Positions 29,167-33,242 of a DNA stretch of 33,242 nt are shown here, in pieces. Location of the stretch: IMG/VR virus record IMGVR_UViG_3300030060_005326. One strand, given 5' to 3'. Within the stretch, counting starts at the first letter, position 1; the number at the start of each line of letters is the position of its first letter. Origin of the DNA: an uncultured virus (IMG/VR IMGVR_UViG_3300030060_005326) (taxonomy: Duplodnaviria > Heunggongvirae > Uroviricota > Caudoviricetes). The translations under genes were made by a program, and so were the position numbers. The notes beneath the pieces are model-generated. The model did not search any database, was not told the DNA's origin, and saw only the letters and a list, made by a program, of their open reading frames with translations.

Positions 29167-29453
29167 TTTTTGAATGCTTTATCTGTTACCTCATGAATTG
29201 TTTTCTCTATGTAATTATAGTTGGGACTCCCACTAAAACCTGTCTCTCCAGATAGGGCGAGGATACTTCTGATAAACAGATCAAGGTGTCTTTCTTGGTG
29301 GGCGCGAACACAACGGATGCTGGCTGATGGTGCAAAGGCAATGATGCTCCACCCCGAAGGGTTCATGTCATCTTCATCTGTCCTTGCTTTGATTGATATG
29401 GTTGCTTCGTTTAGGGTTATAACTTTAGCCCTAGTGTTTGATGGTTCTTTCAT
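29163..29453 (-). CDS. Hypothetical protein
   Basis: 96 aa; starts 2 nt after the helicase stop. Confidence 0.65.
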   Translation of the reverse strand: MKEPSNTRAKVITLNEATISIKARTDEDDMNPSGWSIIAFAPSASIRCVRAHQERHLDLFIRSILALSGETGFSGSPNYNYIEKTIHEVTDKAFKK

Positions 29454-29455
29454 TA

Positions 29456-30847
29456 TTAAAATGGTTTGTCTTCTGTGTAATAAGAGGAGGTAAACTCCCC
29501 AACTTGTGAGTGATGGATCCTGTTCATGTTCCTCATCTTTTTACTGATGGCTCGCATGACATATTGTTCTATGGATCCATTCGATATCATCACCTTTTGT
29601 AAGGCATCAGACTTAGCACCGTTACGATGTATACGTCCTAACACCTGTGAGAATTCTTTAGCATTAAAGCTAGGGCTGATCAAAGATAAGCGGGGGCGAT
29701 TACCAATGACATCATGGAGCGAGATACCTGTCCCGCCTGTAGCTGCATTGATAACTACACAATTGGTTTTGTCTTCTTGGANNNNNNNNNNTTCATCTCG
29801 CTTCTCCGCTTTGACAGAGCCGTCGATGTAATCGCAGTTGAGTAAAGTCTTTGTCTCCATCAAGGACTCTTTGAAGTTCATGAAGACAACTACATTATAC
29901 CCTTCTGTTACTGCATCTTGTGCCATAGTTACAATGTCTTTTACTTTGAGCAACTCGCACTCTTGTCTGGCCCTCAGTATCTTAACGAGGATTGACATCT
30001 CATCTAGTTCATCAACCAGTTCTGCTGGGAGTTTACCTTCTTCAATGTATTCGGTTATATCAGAAGCCGTCATTTGAAGAGACTTATAACTCTTCACAAT
30101 CTTGTCGTTGTTGGTGAACTCAATCGGATCGACAAGAACACGGTTGTCCCTGAATGAATCAGGGAAGTCAGCAACGGTAAGACCATTAGTATTCTTGCCA
30201 TACATAGAATCTCGTAGCTTCTCCAGAGCGTAGTCAACGTCAGACATTTCATACCCTCCGAAGTATCCCTTCCTTACCTTCAGTGTCTGCATCCATAAGA
30301 ACCAACTCAGCTTGCTGCCTCTGCACTTCTCATTACTGTGAAGNNNNNNNNNNAGCCCTAGCATATAGCCCAGTGGTCTCATCTCAGTAGGACATTCACA
30401 GGGTGTTCCGCTCATGCCATGAACTTTGAACCCGAACCTAGCAAGAGAGATCAGGAGGTTAGCGTTCTGTGTCCAAGGCCCTTTGGCTTTGTGTATCTCA
30501 TCGAACAGGACAAGAGTTCCTTTCGGGATCTTCCACCTGAATGTCTTCTTGCCTATCTTGCTAACCCACTCGGACTTGCCAGTGCGTAGTTTCTCAAGGT
30601 TCAAAACAAACAAAGGATCTATGCCTGTCTCTTTTAGCTCTGCCTTCCATGATGGGAACACAGCCTTGGGGCAGACAACGGCAACACCAGTAATCTTGCC
30701 TTGATCCAGAAGAGTCTTGGCAACTTGTGATCCTACCACTGTCTTGCCAGTTCCCATATGAGAACTATCCAAGGTGTTTTGCCCATTGCTCAACCAGTTA
30801 ACGAATAAGTCGTGAGCACCTTTCTGTTTGGGGAATAGTTTCTTCAC
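29456..30847 (-). CDS. SF2 (SNF2-like) DNA helicase
   Basis: MGTGKT, VVCPK, FDEIH, SGTP, GGTGISLH, QVLGRIHR motifs; spans two N gaps. GTG 30847 is coupled to the upstream stop. Confidence 0.9.
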   Translation of the reverse strand: MKKLFPKQKGAHDLFVNWLSNGQNTLDSSHMGTGKTVVGSQVAKTLLDQGKITGVAVVCPKAVFPSWKAELKETGIDPLFVLNLEKLRTGKSEWVSKIGKKTFRWKIPKGTLVLFDEIHKAKGPWTQNANLLISLARFGFKVHGMSGTPCECPTEMRPLGYMLGXXXXLHSNEKCRGSKLSWFLWMQTLKVRKGYFGGYEMSDVDYALEKLRDSMYGKNTNGLTVADFPDSFRDNRVLVDPIEFTNNDKIVKSYKSLQMTASDITEYIEEGKLPAELVDELDEMSILVKILRARQECELLKVKDIVTMAQDAVTEGYNVVVFMNFKESLMETKTLLNCDYIDGSVKAEKRDEXXXXQEDKTNCVVINAATGGTGISLHDVIGNRPRLSLISPSFNAKEFSQVLGRIHRNGAKSDALQKVMISNGSIEQYVMRAISKKMRNMNRIHHSQVGEFTSSYYTEDKPF

Positions 30848-31058
30848 GTTCCTAGCTTCGATGCTGCTGCCCAAGTCTCAATGACGGTCAGGCAATCCTT
30901 GAGAGTTTCATTACCGTCGAGGTAGACCCACTCTCCTTCTGATTGCTCATAGATACACCATCTCCCNNNNNNNNNNGGCTGCGATCCTCGATTCTGTAAT
31001 TGTTATTCTGAGCATCAACTACTTCGTAGAAACCCTTCTGTATTTTTCTAACGATCAT
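30844..31058 (-). CDS. Hypothetical protein (~70 aa) spanning an N gap (not in ORF track)
   Basis: MIVRKIQKGFYEVVDAQNNNYRIEDRS-[gap]-GRWCIYEQSEGEWVYLDGNETLKDCLTVIETWAAASKLGT; ends in a GTGA overlap with the helicase. Confidence 0.6.
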
Positions 31059-31060
31059 GA

Positions 31061-31468
31061 TTAAAGATTCAGGGTGCGGGGTTCAAGTTCATCTTCGATT
31101 GCAGTGAGGTCATCGATTGCTTTGAGCACCTCGACCTTCAGCTTGTAATCCATATCGGAGACAGCGAGCTTTGCTTTGATCTCACTTGCTGTCCATGCGG
31201 GATCAGTTGCCATTACTTTGGCGTGGGTAATTCTCTTCGCCCCCTTCGGTGCAATGGTTACAGTGTCGGGTTTAAACTCAGGCTCTGGTGCAGAGTCTAG
31301 TTCTCCTATCAGGCTTGCCATCTTCTGGCGGTAAACCCACCTATGTCTTTTCTTACGGAGAGTGAACTCTGGTGTTCCTCCGTTCATTCCGTCAGGATCG
31401 AGAGAAGTAATATATTCTTCTCCGTTTAAGGTCACCTCACGGTGAACTGGTTTGTCTAGTTTTGTCAT
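31061..31468 (-). CDS. Hypothetical protein
   Basis: 135 aa in a tightly packed minus-strand operon. Confidence 0.7.
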   Translation of the reverse strand: MTKLDKPVHREVTLNGEEYITSLDPDGMNGGTPEFTLRKKRHRWVYRQKMASLIGELDSAPEPEFKPDTVTIAPKGAKRITHAKVMATDPAWTASEIKAKLAVSDMDYKLKVEVLKAIDDLTAIEDELEPRTLNL

Positions 31469-31470
31469 AT

Positions 31471-31686
31471 CTATTTCAGGTATTGTTGTAGTTGTTGTGG
31501 GGATCCACTAGGTAAGTGAATACAAGCAGATCCAAATTCGGTTAGTTTACTGTCTAAAAGTTCTTCATCATCAGGTCTCGATCTGGGGGTCTCCCTCGCT
31601 ATAACGTATCCCCCCCTGTATGAGCGACCTACACATTGGAGGCTGAGAGATTCTCGGATCTCGGCTATCGTTGCATTAGTATCCAT
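31471..31686 (-). CDS. Hypothetical protein
   Basis: 71 aa; 11-nt overlap with the upstream gene. Confidence 0.6.
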   Translation of the reverse strand: MDTNATIAEIRESLSLQCVGRSYRGGYVIARETPRSRPDDEELLDSKLTEFGSACIHLPSGSPQQLQQYLK

Positions 31687-32029
31687 GAGGTAAGTAACTG
31701 TGGGGGTTGGCTCTCATCTCGTCGAGGTCTGTAAGGTAGGGTTGTCCGTGTTTGTCTTTGTCGTAGAAACAACGCTCGCAGAAGATGGCATCATGCCACT
31801 CGTGAACGAACCCTTCGTCGAACCATGAGGAAGCATCAGGCGATAGAACATTCTCCGCGCCACAACGATGGCACTCTTCTATCTCCCAATCGAGGTAGTC
31901 TTCTTCTTCTTCTTCTTCTTCTTCGAGAAGATCAAACGGATTGTCGTGGGGCTTGCAAGACACTGCAAAGAATCTCAATACAAAGATCATCACAAGCACC
32001 CACGATAATATAATTATTGTTAGCGTCAC
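31676..32029 (-). CDS. Membrane-anchored acidic protein with CxxC...CxxC Zn-binding motif
   Basis: N-terminal TM helix, E8 tract from (GAA)8 at 31901-31924, CHRC...CERC. Confidence 0.65.
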   Translation of the reverse strand: MTLTIIILSWVLVMIFVLRFFAVSCKPHDNPFDLLEEEEEEEEDYLDWEIEECHRCGAENVLSPDASSWFDEGFVHEWHDAIFCERCFYDKDKHGQPYLTDLDEMRANPHSYLPHGY

Positions 32030-32187
32030 TTGTCGTATGCGGATGAAAGCTGATCCTCAACTTCAGTCTTCAGTAGCAGGAGCTTGGCTCTTACCTCTTG
32101 AGACAATGCCTGATCATTCTCTTCATTGATCATCTCCATCAGATCATTAATGTGATCGTCGAGTATTTCTAATATTTCAAACATCAT
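32026..32187 (-). CDS. Small acidic helical protein (53 aa, not in ORF track)
   Basis: MMFEILEILDDHINDLMEMINEENDQALSQEVRAKLLLLKTEVEDQLSSAYDK; 4-nt overlaps at both ends. Confidence 0.65.
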   Translation of the reverse strand: MMFEILEILDDHINDLMEMINEENDQALSQEVRAKLLLLKTEVEDQLSSAYDK

Positions 32188-32354
32188 GATGTGTATTGTT
32201 GTTGGTATTCTAAATCTTTATCCATAGCTTCCTGAGCCTCTCGTGCTCGCTCATCTAGCCATTGCTCATACTCCTCAACGTCTCGATCCAGATCAGCCTG
32301 AGTCCAGTGAGCGTAGGCTCTCTTGCCGTCCATTATTAATGCTTCAATGTTCAT
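32184..32354 (-). CDS. Small acidic protein (56 aa, not in ORF track)
   Basis: MNIEALIMDGKRAYAHWTQADLDRDVEEYEQWLDERAREAQEAMDKDLEYQQQYTS; ATGA overlaps at both ends. Confidence 0.65.
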   Translation of the reverse strand: MNIEALIMDGKRAYAHWTQADLDRDVEEYEQWLDERAREAQEAMDKDLEYQQQYTS

Positions 32355-32629
32355 TGTTCAGGGTATCTAAAGCCTCCTCCATCCCACTGTCCTTGAGCTA
32401 GGTCAAGCTCCCCCACCTTCTTGACGGGGCGCATATCTATTTTTACTTTTCGCATCGTTATGAGAAGTGCCTTGGCATCATCTCTGGATACGTCCACGCA
32501 CTTGTAATCAACAGGCCCTACTCTCACCGTAGCAAAGGCTCTCCGTTCTTTATCTTTCGGGATGATCAAACCCAAATGCTCGTTGTCGTAGTGGTTGGCG
32601 TGATCGTATTTTGTTATTCTTATATTCAT
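32351..32629 (-). CDS. Hypothetical protein
   Basis: 92 aa ORF downstream of the long hairpin. Confidence 0.65.
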   Translation of the reverse strand: MNIRITKYDHANHYDNEHLGLIIPKDKERRAFATVRVGPVDYKCVDVSRDDAKALLITMRKVKIDMRPVKKVGELDLAQGQWDGGGFRYPEQ

Positions 32630-32648
32630 CTTACTAAAGGGTGGGGGT

Positions 32649-32713
32649 GACTCTGCCCCAAAGATGTTCTTAACCCCACAGAAAAGAACACCCCCTCCAT
32701 TGGGGGCAGAGTC
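32649..32713 (-). other. Long interrupted RNA hairpin in an intergenic region
   Basis: Outer stem GACTCTGCCCC (32649-32659) / GGGGCAGAGTC (32703-32713); inner stem TGTTCTT (32665-32671) / AAGAACA (32684-32690). Confidence 0.7.
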
Positions 32714-32719
32714 GAATTG

Positions 32720-33025
32720 TTATAGTTTGATATCGGCAAGGGGTTTACCTAGTGCGGTTCTGTGATTCTTGCGGGGCGCGTTTGCCCAGTCAATGAGACA
32801 CCATATCGGAGCCAGTAACATAGCGGGGACATATGTCACAGCTAGGAAGTGGAGCAGGTTATACTGATGAAACTCAACAGCACCTTCTGCCACTTCATAC
32901 CACCCACTGATGTTTGCGATAGCTTGATCAAGCCCACTGAAGTAGACCATGAATCCAAAGAAGAAAAGCAAAGCGGTGTGAGTGGTCACAACTACACTTA
33001 CAAAGTGTGAGATGTAGCGTCTCAT
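32720..33025 (-). CDS. Hypothetical membrane protein (2 TM helices)
   Basis: Two long hydrophobic segments separated by a polar loop; basic C-terminus. Confidence 0.7.
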   Translation of the reverse strand: MRRYISHFVSVVVTTHTALLFFFGFMVYFSGLDQAIANISGWYEVAEGAVEFHQYNLLHFLAVTYVPAMLLAPIWCLIDWANAPRKNHRTALGKPLADIKL

Positions 33026-33213
33026 GATACCACCTCCTTCGCTGCCTTCTCCAATTTATCAAGGTTGATACCCATCTGGATTATCTGCTCCTTGGCATAG
33101 TGATGGTTGGAGGGGTTGTCGCTCTGCAAAAGAACGATTAATATTTTACTCGCTGCCTCCCATGTCATGGACATCGGTAGCACTTCTCCTTTTTTCTTAT
33201 TCATCTTATTCAT
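33022..33213 (-). CDS. Hypothetical protein
   Basis: 63 aa; ATGA-coupled to the next gene. Confidence 0.6.
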   Translation of the reverse strand: MNKMNKKKGEVLPMSMTWEAASKILIVLLQSDNPSNHHYAKEQIIQMGINLDKLEKAAKEVVS

Positions 33214-33242
33214 GATTCGATATACATACGTTATGATCGGGG

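Noticed and set aside
1..33242. Stop-codon reassignment, tRNA/rRNA genes, IS elements, introns or inteins
   Set aside because: Coding density is high under code 11, with TAA, TGA and TAG all used as stops. No cloverleaf, transposase or intein motifs were recognised, and PolA, TerL and helicase are of normal length.

Overview
A 33-kb fragment of an uncultured tailed dsDNA phage, probably podovirus-like, using the standard genetic code and containing five 10-N scaffold gaps. It has four blocks. (1) + strand, 1-5371: tail/structural genes, a Gram-negative-type lysis cassette (two holin-like proteins, overlapped spanin pair, Amidase_3 endolysin) and two small accessory genes. (2) - strand, 5346-13101: replication module (primase-helicase, Leu762-type PolA, putative SSB, DUF2800/Cas4-like exonuclease, RuvC-like resolvase, HTH/TerS-like protein). 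(3) + strand, 13131-28429: terminase large subunit, two helical internal-virion-type proteins, and what is very likely one ~3,780-aa polyvalent virion protein split by two N gaps. (4) - strand, 28426-33213: early-type genes (DUF1599, SNF2-like helicase, many small ORFs). The most notable signal is in the giant protein: a zincin HExxH domain plus an enzyme-like cassette bracketed by two LESRFG peptides whose codons differ at all six positions, suggesting a self-processing injected polyprotein. Other highlights are an identical FNR-stop end on the two preceding virion genes, sigma70-type promoters positioned for leaderless mRNAs, a heptamer array abutting the SSB start, and long hairpins before polA and in the early region. 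All family assignments are from motif recognition by eye, not database searches.
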